Below, piece by piece: positions 1 through 9,435 of a stretch of DNA of 64,000 bases. The stretch's first letter is position 1. The number at the start of each line of letters is the position of its first letter. This DNA is from an uncultured delta proteobacterium (GTDB taxonomy: Bacteria; Myxococcota_A; Polyangia; Polyangiales; Polyangiaceae): NCBI GenBank assembly GCA_963806225.1, contig CAWDXG010000001.1, forward strand, positions 1,216,001 through 1,280,000. The letters are read 5' to 3'. The notes beneath the pieces were generated by a model, which saw only the letters and a program-made list of their open reading frames with translations, was not told the DNA's origin and did not search any database. A program made the position numbers and the translations under genes.

Positions 1-448
1 CTCGCCACTCGCCATGCCATCGGTTGGAAGCCTGCTCCTTGAAGTAAAGAACGCGATCGCCACGAAGGTGTCGGTGGGCTCGCAGCGCTTTGGCCAGCCG
101 GTTCGTCATAGGCACGTAGCGTGGCTTGCCGTTCTTGGTGGGCCCTTCCTTGCCCTTGCAGACCTGCCGCTGCACGTAGAGCTGCTGCCGCTTGTAGTCG
201 ATGTCAGCCTGGTTCAAACCCAGGATCTCGCCTCGTCGAAGACCAGCATCTGCTCCTAGCAGGACGACGATCAGATGTTCGCGTCCGAGCTTCTCCGCTT
301 CCTCGACAAGGCGATCCAGCTCATCGGCTTCATAAGCTTTCAGCTCGCCTTCGCTGACCTTCAGCAAGCGAACCGTGCAGGGCATCGACGGGATAACGCC
401 CCAACCTGGCGCGCCGGACCCACGCCAGCGCTTGACGCGGACGCTCAT
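1..448 (-). CDS. Tyrosine recombinase/integrase, N-terminally shortened; runs off the window edge
   Basis: Manual translation from ATG 448 (ATGA overlap with upstream gene): MSVRVKRWRG...WGVIPSMPCTVRLLK...LLGADAGLRRGEILGLNQADID...GPTKNGKPRYVPM. Contains the box I Arg motif (GLRxGE) and the catalytic Lys region (TKNG). Confidence 0.85.
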   Translation of the reverse strand, partial: MSVRVKRWRGSGAPGWGVIPSMPCTVRLLKVSEGELKAYEADELDRLVEEAEKLGREHLIVVLLGADAGLRRGEILGLNQADIDYKRQQLYVQRQVCKGKEGPTKNGKPRYVPMTNRLAKALRAHRHLRGDRVLYFKEQASNRWHGEWR

Positions 449-807
449 CGGCGGCCTCCTCGCTCAAGGAACTGGAGGAGGCGATCGCGGTGGAACAGGA
501 CGCGACGACCGTCGCGCACCAGGCCATCCGCCTTCGTGAGCTGACCGCGTGCAACACGCTGGTAGATCGAACCTGCGCTGGTTCTGAGCAGACCCGCGGC
601 TTCCTCGATCGTCAGGAGGACCGGCAGAGCGTCGGTGCGTGCAACGCCAGGTCGGGGAGGGGGATGCCAGCGCTTATGCTTCGCGAGTCCTTGGTCGAGC
701 GAAACCAGGAACGCTTCGCCCCGCTTGGCCATCGCCTGGAACTCCAGGGTCTCGTCCGGGCTCAGCCCCGCCAGCAACAGATCAGGATCGAAGCGAAGGT
801 TCGCCAT
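445..807 (-). CDS. Excisionase-like helix-turn-helix DNA-binding protein
   Basis: LLTIEEAAGLLRTSAGSIYQRVARGQL...RVLFHRDRL matches the MerR/Xis-type HTH pattern; directly upstream of the integrase. Confidence 0.8.
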   Translation of the reverse strand: MANLRFDPDLLLAGLSPDETLEFQAMAKRGEAFLVSLDQGLAKHKRWHPPPRPGVARTDALPVLLTIEEAAGLLRTSAGSIYQRVARGQLTKADGLVRDGRRVLFHRDRLLQFLERGGRR

Positions 808-937
808 CCTGATCCGGCTACACCGATCAGCTGGAAAAAAATGAAGCAGCCCGTCAAATAGGACGCGCGGCCGGGGAGAGATGGGGGAGAGATTCTCCCC
901 CCGAGTGCTGATCCCCCTGGTTTTTCGGAAGAATTGA

Positions 938-1284
<347 letters not shown>

Positions 1285-1314
1285 TTCGGGGTGCCGGATG
1301 ATGCAGGCGGACGA

Positions 1315-1342
1315 AATGTAGGACGTTTCCGTACCCGGTCAA
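1315..1342 (-). promoter_or_regulatory. Sigma70-type promoter of ssrA
   Basis: TTGACC-N16-TACATT about 30 bp upstream of the mature tmRNA 5' end. Confidence 0.6.
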
Positions 1343-1439
1343 GCACGGAACGACGGGGACCGGGCGGCGTCGGGCTTTGTGGGCCGGAAAGCGCTGGACC
1401 GCTCCCGGGCCCTGCGGGCTATCCTCTTCGACCCCGTCC

Positions 1440-3455
1440 GTGATCCAGATCCCGCCAGATGACGACCTGCTCGCCTCGCTGTCCGGTCTGACGCTGAAGT
1501 CGCCGCACGAGCGCAAGGTGCGCTACCAGCTCGACCGCCCGCTTGGAGCGGGCAGCTTCGCGGTGGCGTTCTTCTCGCTCCGGCGCTCGACGGAGGGGCA
1601 CTCGCCGGTGGTCTTGAAGATCGTCCGGCCGCGCATGATGCGCGAGCAGGGCGAGACCGCGCGGCTTGCCGTCGAGAAGGAGGCGATCGCGCTCAAGCGG
1701 CTCAACGAGCGCGTGCCTCCGACGCCGTTCGTGGTGCGGCTGATCGACAGCGGCGCGGTGGGCGTGACGCAGGGGGGCATGGAGATGAACCTGCCCTGGC
1801 TGGCGCTCGAGTACGTGCATGGCGGCGCGGAGGGCACCACGCTCGACGAGCGCGTGGACTTCTCGGTGGAGCAGACGGGCTACGCTTTCGATCCGGATCG
1901 CGCAGCGCTGGCGGTCACCTGCCTGGCCAGCGGGCTCGAGGCCATCCACGAGGTCGGCGTCGTGCACCGCGACGTGACGCCGTGGAACGTGCTCTGCTGC
2001 GGCTTCGGCACGGACGAGCTGTTCAAGATCGCCGACTTCGGCATCGCGCGGCAGTTGGACAAGAGCACCGGTACCTTCATCGGTGCGCCCGGCGGCACCG
2101 CCGGCTACGCCGCGCCCGAGCAGATCAAGCAGGACGGCGTCGGCATGGGACCGCCGAGCGACGTCTTCAGCCTCGCTGCGGTGGTGTTCCGGCTGCTCAC
2201 GGGCGAGGAATACTTCGAGGCCCCGACCACCGCCGGCAGCGTTCTCCTGGCGCGGGAAAAGGAACGTCGCAGCATCACGTCGTGTCGCGGGCTCTGCCCC
2301 GAGCTCGCCGAACGCCCGCACGCCTGCGCCGCGCTCGACGCCTCGCTCGCGCACGCGACGGCCTTCGATCCGCGTCATCGGCCGCAGACGGTGTGGGAGT
2401 TCGCCGCCAGCGTGCTGCGCGCGCTGCGCCCCGATCCCAAACGTCGCAGCCCGCCGCGCCGCCGGCTCGAGAGCATCACCGAGCACTCGGGCGTCAGCCG
2501 CTACCAGTGGGGCTGGCACGTGCGACGCAATCCGGGGGCTGATCGCGTGATCCGCAGCGTGGCGTGGGAGGGCGACGGGCGCTGTCTGGCTGCCACCAAC
2601 AAGGGTCTGGCGTTCTGGAACGGGACGAGCTGGGTCGAGGCGCCGCTTCGCGGGATGCCGCCCGACGGCATCCGCTTCGTCGAACGCGTCGGCGCGGGAC
2701 AATGGCTGGTGGGCGGCGACAAGGCGACCATCGCGCACTACTCGCGGGACGGCGTGTCCGGCGTGCTGAAGGCGGACGATCCGCGCGTCACCTTTCTCCA
2801 GGCCAGTGGCGAGATCGGCGATCTTGCCGTGCTTGTGGCAGCGCGCCCGATCGAGCCGCCGCTCCTGTTCTCGCTGGCGGCGCACCGCTGGCTCAAGCCG
2901 GCGGCGCTCTCGAAGGCGAAGACGATCTCCGCGCTGGTGCGGCTCTCGGACGACAGCTGGCTCCTGAGCGGGCGGTCCCGCAAGGGCCAGGGCTTTGCCG
3001 CGATCTACTCGCCGTTGATGTTCGAGGTGCAGCGGCTGCGCGGCGCGGACGTGTCGGAGTACACCGACTGCGCGGCGCAGCCCGATCTCGGGCTGGGCGT
3101 GGTCGTCGGCGCGAGCGGGCGCGTGCTGCGCGTCGAGGGCGGCGAATCCACCGAATCGGTGGTGCCGGGCGAACCGGATCTGTCCGCGGTGGCCATGGAC
3201 ATCTCGGGGCGCGTGTGGACCAGCAGCACCGGGCACCTGTGGATGCACAATCCCGACAGCCCCGAGCCCTGGAACTGCGTGTGGCGCTCGGCTGACTGGC
3301 GTTCGCCGTTCGTGAGCGTGTTCGCCGATGTCGGTCTGGTGATCGGCATGACGGCCGACGGCGGCGTCATCGAAGGTCGCTGGGAGCTTGCCGATGCCCG
3401 CGCCTCGCGTACCTCCGGGAGCGGTCGCCTGCGTCGTTCGAGTGCTCCGGCGTAA
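1440..3455 (+). CDS. Ser/Thr protein kinase with C-terminal beta-propeller-like region
   Basis: GAGSFA, VVLK, HRDVTPWN, DFG and GTAGYAAPE motifs; Trp/Gly-rich beta-repeat C-terminus. GTG 1440 start is inferred. Confidence 0.9.
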   Translation: MIQIPPDDDLLASLSGLTLKSPHERKVRYQLDRPLGAGSFAVAFFSLRRSTEGHSPVVLKIVRPRMMREQGETARLAVEKEAIALKRLNERVPPTPFVVRLIDSGAVGVTQGGMEMNLPWLALEYVHGGAEGTTLDERVDFSVEQTGYAFDPDRAALAVTCLASGLEAIHEVGVVHRDVTPWNVLCCGFGTDELFKIADFGIARQLDKSTGTFIGAPGGTAGYAAPEQIKQDGVGMGPPSDVFSLAAVVFRLLTGEEYFEAPTTAGSVLLAREKERRSITSCRGLCPELAERPHACAALDASLAHATAFDPRHRPQTVWEFAASVLRALRPDPKRRSPPRRRLESITEHSGVSRYQWGWHVRRNPGADRVIRSVAWEGDGRCLAATNKGLAFWNGTSWVEAPLRGMPPDGIRFVERVGAGQWLVGGDKATIAHYSRDGVSGVLKADDPRVTFLQASGEIGDLAVLVAARPIEPPLLFSLAAHRWLKPAALSKAKTISALVRLSDDSWLLSGRSRKGQGFAAIYSPLMFEVQRLRGADVSEYTDCAAQPDLGLGVVVGASGRVLRVEGGESTESVVPGEPDLSAVAMDISGRVWTSSTGHLWMHNPDSPEPWNCVWRSADWRSPFVSVFADVGLVIGMTADGGVIEGRWELADARASRTSGSGRLRRSSAPA

Positions 3456-3810
3456 GCACGCGGTCGAGCTCGTCGACGAAGCCTTGCGTTTCGAACGTGC
3501 GCAGCACCGAGGTCGCGCCGGCGTGCTGGATGCGCTCCGCCGCGCCGCCGTCGAGCAACGCCGCCGTGACCACGATCCTGAGCCCCGGATCAAGGCTGCG
3601 CAGCTCGCCCACCAGCGCCGCGCTGTCGGCGTCGGGCAGCGCGGCGTCGAGCAACACGCACTCGTAGCGATGCGCGCGCAGCAGCCGGCGCGCCTCGGCC
3701 GCGCTGGACGCGCGATCGGCGCGGTAGCCGAGCGTGCCGAGCAGCTCGAGCTGGTTTTCCGCCAACTCCTGGCTGGCTTCGACGACTAGAACTCTCGCGT
3801 GATCAGACAT
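3367..3810 (-). CDS. Stand-alone receiver-domain protein (atypical)
   Basis: RVLVVE...ECVLLDAALPD...IVVTA...GATSVL receiver pattern; acidic pair and conserved Lys are altered. Confidence 0.75.
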   Translation of the reverse strand: MSDHARVLVVEASQELAENQLELLGTLGYRADRASSAAEARRLLRAHRYECVLLDAALPDADSAALVGELRSLDPGLRIVVTAALLDGGAAERIQHAGATSVLRTFETQGFVDELDRVLTPEHSNDAGDRSRRYARRGHRQAPSDLR

Positions 3811-4034
3811 CGCGGCACCCCCCCCCATGTGCCGCCGAAGATCCGTCGCGACGGGTCGTGTCGCGGGCGGACACTTCATGCGCCCTCTAGTGCAATGCGC
3901 GTGCCCTCCACGAACACCGCCGGAAACCCGCATCCCGCAGCCGGATGTGGCCTGTCCGGATGTGTCGCCTTTCCCCGGGCGTGGCGTTTTTGTACGCCCG
4001 TTGCGGAGGGCGCGGGCGTGCGCATCTTCAGGTC

Positions 4035-4163
4035 ATGGCCTCCGAAGACACCTACACCGAACACCTGCACGATCCGGCGACGCAAGTCCGCGGGGGCGTT
4101 ACCTGGCCCCGTTTCGCCATCCTGGCGGGACTCTTGATGGTCGTGTTCTGGGTGGCTCTGTAG
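4035..4163 (+). CDS. Small membrane protein (42 aa)
   Basis: MASEDTYTEHLHDPATQVRGGVTWPRFAILAGLLMVVFWVAL; typical codon usage and one C-terminal hydrophobic helix. Confidence 0.55.
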   Translation: MASEDTYTEHLHDPATQVRGGVTWPRFAILAGLLMVVFWVAL

Positions 4164-4193
4164 CGCCTAGCGCAGCCTACGCTCGGCTGTACG

Positions 4194-4832
4194 CTATGTG
4201 CCGGGCGGCCAGAGCTTGTTCACGATGTCCGACAGCTCCTTCACCGTGTCCGGCTTCATGCCGGTGTTCGGGAAGGGCCACGCGAAGTTGCGCGCCTGGA
4301 CCTGGTTGCACGAAAACGAGATCAGCACGTTGTTCGGCATCGCGCCGGGACCGGACTGGAAGGAGAGCCCCATCTCCGCGTACAGGCAGTTGGCGTGCGC
4401 CGCCTGGAAGTTGCCCTCGTGACCGAGCACATCCGCCAGCTTGTCTTTCAGATCGCTGTCGATGACCTGGGTCTGCCCGAGGATGCGGAAGCCCTCGAAG
4501 CGCGGCACCTGCTGTGCCGGCGCCGGAGCGGCCGGCGCCGCGGCGCCGCCCAGCATGCCCGGCGGAAGCAGACCCGGCGGGATCAGCTGCTGGAGCCCCT
4601 GCGCGCCCTGCTGGACCCACTGCTGGATCTGCGGAGGCAGTCCGGGGATCTGTCCGGGTGCGGTGGGCGCGGCGGTCTGCTGCTGCGGCGGCTCGTAGTT
4701 CTGCAGACGGAACGCCGTCAGGTTCGCGGTCTTCAGCGTGTCGAAAGGCGCAGCGGGCGCGCTGGCACACCCCATCGCCGTGAAGGCGAGCAGCAGAGTG
4801 GTCCCCAGTAGCCCCGATGTGGTCCTCAGCAT
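4194..4832 (-). CDS. Hypothetical lipoprotein
   Basis: Signal peptide with lipobox-like AMGC, Pro/Gln-rich linker and two C-terminal Cys. Confidence 0.75.
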   Translation of the reverse strand: MLRTTSGLLGTTLLLAFTAMGCASAPAAPFDTLKTANLTAFRLQNYEPPQQQTAAPTAPGQIPGLPPQIQQWVQQGAQGLQQLIPPGLLPPGMLGGAAAPAAPAPAQQVPRFEGFRILGQTQVIDSDLKDKLADVLGHEGNFQAAHANCLYAEMGLSFQSGPGAMPNNVLISFSCNQVQARNFAWPFPNTGMKPDTVKELSDIVNKLWPPGT

Positions 4833-4969
4833 GGTCAATCGGTAAAGCCTTTTCCCGGGGGCGTCCAGCGGCGTGTGGGCAGGCCAGCGGGCCGGCATGA
4901 TCACGCACCGCGCCGGGCTTGCGCCGCTATGCTGGCGCCTCACATCACTGCGGAGGAGGAGGACGGGCA

Positions 4970-5890
4970 TTGGCGCGTATCGTGGTGACAGGGGGAACCG
5001 GCTTTATCGGCTCGCATCTGGTGCGCGCCCTGGTCGGTCGCGGGGACAGCGTCACTGTACTCAGCCGGGATCCGGCCAGCGTGCCGCGGCGTCTGGGCGA
5101 GGCGGTGATCGGCCGGGCCTGGGATCCGGAGCAGGCCGGCGACTGGTTCGGCGAGCTGTCGGGTCAGGACGCGGTGGTGCACCTGGCTGGCGAGCAGGCC
5201 GTCGGCGTGCGCTGGACCGAAGCCGCCAAGCAGCGCATCCACGACAGCCGCGTGGATAGCGCGCGGCTCCTGGTGGAAGCCATGGCCGCCGCCGCCGCGC
5301 GGCCGCGCGCGTTCGTGTGCGCGTCGGGCATCAACATCTACGGCGCGCATCCCGGCGACGAGGAGATCGACGAGCAGGGCCCGGTGGGCAGCGACTTCCT
5401 GGCGCGCGTCGCCTTCGACTGGGAAGCGGCGGCGCGCGAGGCCGAGGCGCTCGGCGTGCGCGTGGTCGCGACTCGCTTCGGTGTCGTCTTCGCCCGCGAC
5501 GGCGGCGCGCTCGAGCAGATGGCGCTCCCCTTCAAGCTGTTCGCGGGCGGCCCGCTCGGCAGCGGCAAGCAGGTCGTCTCCTGGGTGCACATCGACGACG
5601 TGATCGGCATCCTGCTCCGCTGCCTCGACGACGAAGCGATCCAGGGGGCCGTCAACGTCGTCGCGCCCTCCGCGGTGACGAATGCCGAGCTTTCGCGGGC
5701 CATCGGCAAGGTGCTGGGGCGGCCGAGCTGGCTCAGGGTGCCCGCGGCCGCGCTCAAGGCGCGCTTCGGCGAGGGGGCCGGGCCGCTTGTCACCGGACAG
5801 CGGGTCGTGCCACGGGTGATGCAGGAGCGGGGCTACTCCTGGCACTATCCCGAGCTCGGCCCGGCGCTCACGCAGGCGCTCGGCTCCTAG
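4970..5890 (+). CDS. TIGR01777-type (YfcH-like) NAD-dependent epimerase/oxidoreductase
   Basis: IVVTGGTGFIG, VVHLAGE, SR..SA, GGPLGSGKQ.VSWVHIDD, GQRVVP motifs; GGAGGA RBS before TTG. Confidence 0.9.
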   Translation: MARIVVTGGTGFIGSHLVRALVGRGDSVTVLSRDPASVPRRLGEAVIGRAWDPEQAGDWFGELSGQDAVVHLAGEQAVGVRWTEAAKQRIHDSRVDSARLLVEAMAAAAARPRAFVCASGINIYGAHPGDEEIDEQGPVGSDFLARVAFDWEAAAREAEALGVRVVATRFGVVFARDGGALEQMALPFKLFAGGPLGSGKQVVSWVHIDDVIGILLRCLDDEAIQGAVNVVAPSAVTNAELSRAIGKVLGRPSWLRVPAAALKARFGEGAGPLVTGQRVVPRVMQERGYSWHYPELGPALTQALGS

Positions 5891-5908
5891 CCCCGACGCC
5901 CGCCCCCC

Positions 5909-6934
5909 ATGTTCGAGCTCGCCATCCGCAGAGTCCTGACCGCCCTCGGGCTGCTCCTGTTCATCATCCTGCTCGGTGGCGTAGCGCTCTACTACCTCGG
6001 ACAGGGCGAGTACTCGTTCGCGCACTCTGTCTACTTCGCCGTGATCACCATCTCGACGGTGGGCTTCGCCGAGCTGCCGCACCTCGAGGCCCACTCCGCA
6101 GCCCGCCTGGTGACGGGCCTGATGATTCTCGCGGGCATCGGCACCATCGCCTTCTTCCAGTCGACGCTCACCGCGTTGCTCATCGAAGGCGTGATCGCGA
6201 AGGTTTTCCGGAGACGACGCATGAAGAACAAGATCGCCTCGCTCGCCGACCACATGGTCGTCGCCGGCTGCGGCCGCACCGGCAAGTACATCGTGGAAGA
6301 GCTCCACGCCATCGGTCAGTCCTTCGTCGTCATCGAACAGGACGAAGGACTGCTCGGCCGCTTGAACGAAGAGCTCGGCGGAAAGCTGCTCTACATCCTC
6401 GGCGACGCCACCGAGGATCACACCCTCGTCGCCGCCGGCGTCGAGCGCGCGCGTGGCGTCGTCTCCGCCCTCGCCGACGACCGCGACAACCTCTTCGTCA
6501 CCCTCTCCGCCCGCTCGCTCAACCCCCAAGCCCGCATCGTCTCCAAAGCCGTCGAGATCGAGAACGAGCCCAAGATCCTCAAAGCCGGCGCCAACAGCAC
6601 CGTCAGCCCCAACCGCATCGGCGGCATCCGCCTCGTCAGCGAGCTCGTCCGCCCCAAAGTCACCCAGTTCCTCGACCAGATGCTGCGCGTCACCAAGAAC
6701 CTCCGCTTCGAAGAAGTGAAGATCCCCCAAGGCTCCTCCTTCGCCGGCCGCACCCTCCGCGAAGTCCCCATCCGCGACAAAACCAACCTCCTCGTAGTCG
6801 CCCTCCACGAACCCCACGGCGGCTACATCTACAACCCCTCCCCCGACCACAAGCTTGAAGTAGGCACCGAGCTCATCGTAATGGGCGAAGTCCCCAGCGT
6901 GGAAAAGCTGCGCGAAATGGTGGACGGAGAGTAG
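5909..6934 (+). CDS. Potassium channel protein with RCK (TrkA-N/TrkA-C) domains
   Basis: Two TM helices around TISTVGF selectivity filter; HMVVAGCGRTG; GDAT; C-terminal RCK-C domain. Confidence 0.92.
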   Translation: MFELAIRRVLTALGLLLFIILLGGVALYYLGQGEYSFAHSVYFAVITISTVGFAELPHLEAHSAARLVTGLMILAGIGTIAFFQSTLTALLIEGVIAKVFRRRRMKNKIASLADHMVVAGCGRTGKYIVEELHAIGQSFVVIEQDEGLLGRLNEELGGKLLYILGDATEDHTLVAAGVERARGVVSALADDRDNLFVTLSARSLNPQARIVSKAVEIENEPKILKAGANSTVSPNRIGGIRLVSELVRPKVTQFLDQMLRVTKNLRFEEVKIPQGSSFAGRTLREVPIRDKTNLLVVALHEPHGGYIYNPSPDHKLEVGTELIVMGEVPSVEKLREMVDGE

Positions 6935-6967
6935 CCGCGCGAACGCGCGGCGACGCGGGCGAAACCA

Positions 6968-7622
6968 CGCGACGCGGGGTGGCGGCGCGACGCGGCGGTG
7001 CGACGTGGGGTGGCGGCGCGACGCGGCGGTGCGACGTGGGGTGGCGGCGCGACGCGGCGGCGCGACGTGGGGTGGCGGCGCGACGTGGCGGCGCGACGTG
7101 GCGGTGCGACGTGGGGTGGCGGCGCGACGTGGCGGCGCGACGTGGCGGCGCGACGTGGGGTGGCGGCGCGACGTGGCGGTGCGACGTGGGGTGGCGGCGC
7201 GACGCGGCGGTGCGACGTGGGGTGGCGGCGCGACGTGGCGGTGCGACGTGGGGTGGCGGCGCGACGTGGGGTGGCGGCGCGACGTGGCGGCGCGACGTGG
7301 GGTGGCGGCGCGACGTGGCGGTGCGACGTGGGGTGGCGGCGCGACGTGGCGGCGCGACGTGGGGTGGCGGCGCGACGTGGCGGTGCGACGTGGGGTGGCG
7401 GCGCGTCGTGGCGGCGCGACGTGGGGTGGCGGCGCGACGCGGCGGTGCGACGTGGGGTGGCGGCGCGTCGTGGCGGCGCGACGTGGCGGTGCGACGTGGG
7501 GTGGCGGCGCGTCGTGGCGGCGCGACGTGGGGTGGCGGCGCGACGTGGCGGTGCGACGTGGGGTGGCGGCGCGTCGTGGCGGTGCGACGTGGGGTGGCGG
7601 TGCGACGTGGGGTGGCGGCGCG
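6968..7622. repeat. G-rich modular microsatellite
   Basis: About 650 bp built from 13-mers GGCGG(C/T)GCG(A/T)CG(T/C) with an optional GGGGT module. Confidence 0.95.
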
Positions 7623-7722
7623 GGCTTCCGTGGGGTTCACGCGAAGAGGCCAAGGGCCGAGGTTTGTTTTTTGGGGTCGAGGGGTGGGGCGGCGCGGGGC
7701 AGCTCGTCCAGAGAGAGGGACC

Positions 7723-9255
7723 GCGCGCACGCGCAGGGCGACGCATGGGCGGACATACCCGGTTATGTCCGTCGAGATGTCGCCGCGCGGGCCGGCGCGC
7801 GCGCGCAGGGCGACGCATGGGCGGACATACCCGGTTATGTCCGTCGAGATGTCGCCGCGCGGGCCGGCGCGCACGCGCAGGGCGACGCATGGGCGGACAT
7901 AACCGGTCATGTCCGTCGAGATGTCGCCGCGCGGGCCGGCGCGCGCGCACAGGGCGACGCATGGGCGGACATAACCGGTTATGTCCGTCGAGATGTCGCC
8001 GCGCGGGCCGGCGCGCACGCGCAGGGCGACGCATGGGCGGACATAACCGGTTATGTCCGTCGAGATGTCGCCGCGCGGGCCGGCGCGCACGCGCAGGGCG
8101 ACGCATGGGCGGACATACCCGGTTATGTCCGTCGAGATGTCGCCGCGCGGGCCGGCGCGCACGCGCAGGGCGACGCATGGGCGGACATAACCGGTTATTT
8201 CCGTCGAAATGTCGCCGCGCGGCGCGGCGCGCACGCGCAGGGCGACGCATGGGCGGACATACCCGGTTATGTCCGTCGAGATGTCGCCGCGCGGGCCGGC
8301 GCGCACGCGCAGGGCGACGCATGGGCGGACATAACCGGTTATGTCCGTCGAAATGTCGCCGCGCGGCGCGGCGCGCACGCGCAGGGCGACGCATGGGCGG
8401 ACATACCCGGTTATGTCCGTCGAAATGTCGCCGCGCGGGCCGGCGCGCACGCGCAGGGCGACGCATGGGCGGACATAACCGGTTATGTCCGTCGAAATGT
8501 CGCCGCGCGGCGCGGCGCGCGCGCACAGGGCGACGCATGGGCGGACATAACCGGCTATGTCCGTCGAGATGTCGCCGCGCGGGCCGGCGCGCACGCGCAG
8601 GGCGACGCATGGGCGGACATACCCGGTTATGTCCGTCGAAATGTCGCCGCGCGGCGCGGCGCGCACGCGCAGGGCGACGCATGGGCGGACATAACCGGTT
8701 ATGTCCGTCGAGATGTCGCCGCGCGGGCCGGCGCGCGCGCACAGGGCGACGCATGGGCGGACATAACCGGTTATGTCCGTCGAGATGTCGCCGCGCGGCG
8801 CGGCGCGCGCGCACAGGGCGACGCATGGGCGGACATAACCGGTTATGTCCGTCGAGATGTCGCCGCGCGGGCCGGCGCGCACGCGCAGGGCGACGCATGG
8901 GCGGACATAACCGGTTATGTCCGTCGAAATGTCGCCGCGCGGCGCGGCGCGCACGCGCAGGGCGACGCATGGGCGGACATAACCGGTTATGTCCGTCGAG
9001 ATGTCGCCGCGCGGGCCGGCGCGCGCGCGCAGGGCGACGCATGGGCGGACATACCCGGTTATGTCCGTCGAGATGTCGCCGCGCGGGCCGGCGCGCACGC
9101 GCAGGGCGACGCATGGGCGGACATACCCGGTTATGTCCGTCGAGATGTCGCCGCGCGGGCCGGCGCGCGCGCGCAGGGCGACGCATGGGCGGACATACCC
9201 GGTTATGTCCGTCGAGATGTCGCCGCGCGGGCCGGCGCGCGCGCGCAGGGCGACG
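7723..9255. repeat. Tandem array of 21 full 72-bp palindromic units plus a partial unit
   Basis: ACGCATGGGCGGACATA recurs every 72 bp from 7741 to 9181; the core GGACATAACCGGTTATGTCC is a perfect 20-bp palindrome. Confidence 0.98.
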
Positions 9256-9258
9256 TTG

Positions 9259-9390
9259 GGTTTCCATGTGGCGAGTCATGGGGGCTCTTTTGTCCGGATG
9301 GCGGACATTTCGAGGGCTATGACGGGTCATGGGCCCTGTGGTGTCCGCATTCTGGACATTTCGAGGCCTCTGGTAATCCATGGGGAAACC
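9259..9390. repeat. ~130-bp dispersed element, copy 1 (MITE/REP-like)
   Basis: Inverted ends GGTTTCC-ATG...CATGG-GGAAACC; internal TGTCCG-N5-C(G/T)GGACATTTCGAGG x2; colinear with 15920-16045. Confidence 0.8.
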
Positions 9391-9435
9391 AAGCCGCGCC
9401 TTGCCGCCGGTCCCGCGCGGTGGAGCGCACGCACC

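Noticed and set aside
7723..9255. CRISPR or TIGR-type guide array
   Set aside because: Units are near-identical along their whole length with no unique spacers, and no cas or Nop-domain gene is recognisable in the window.
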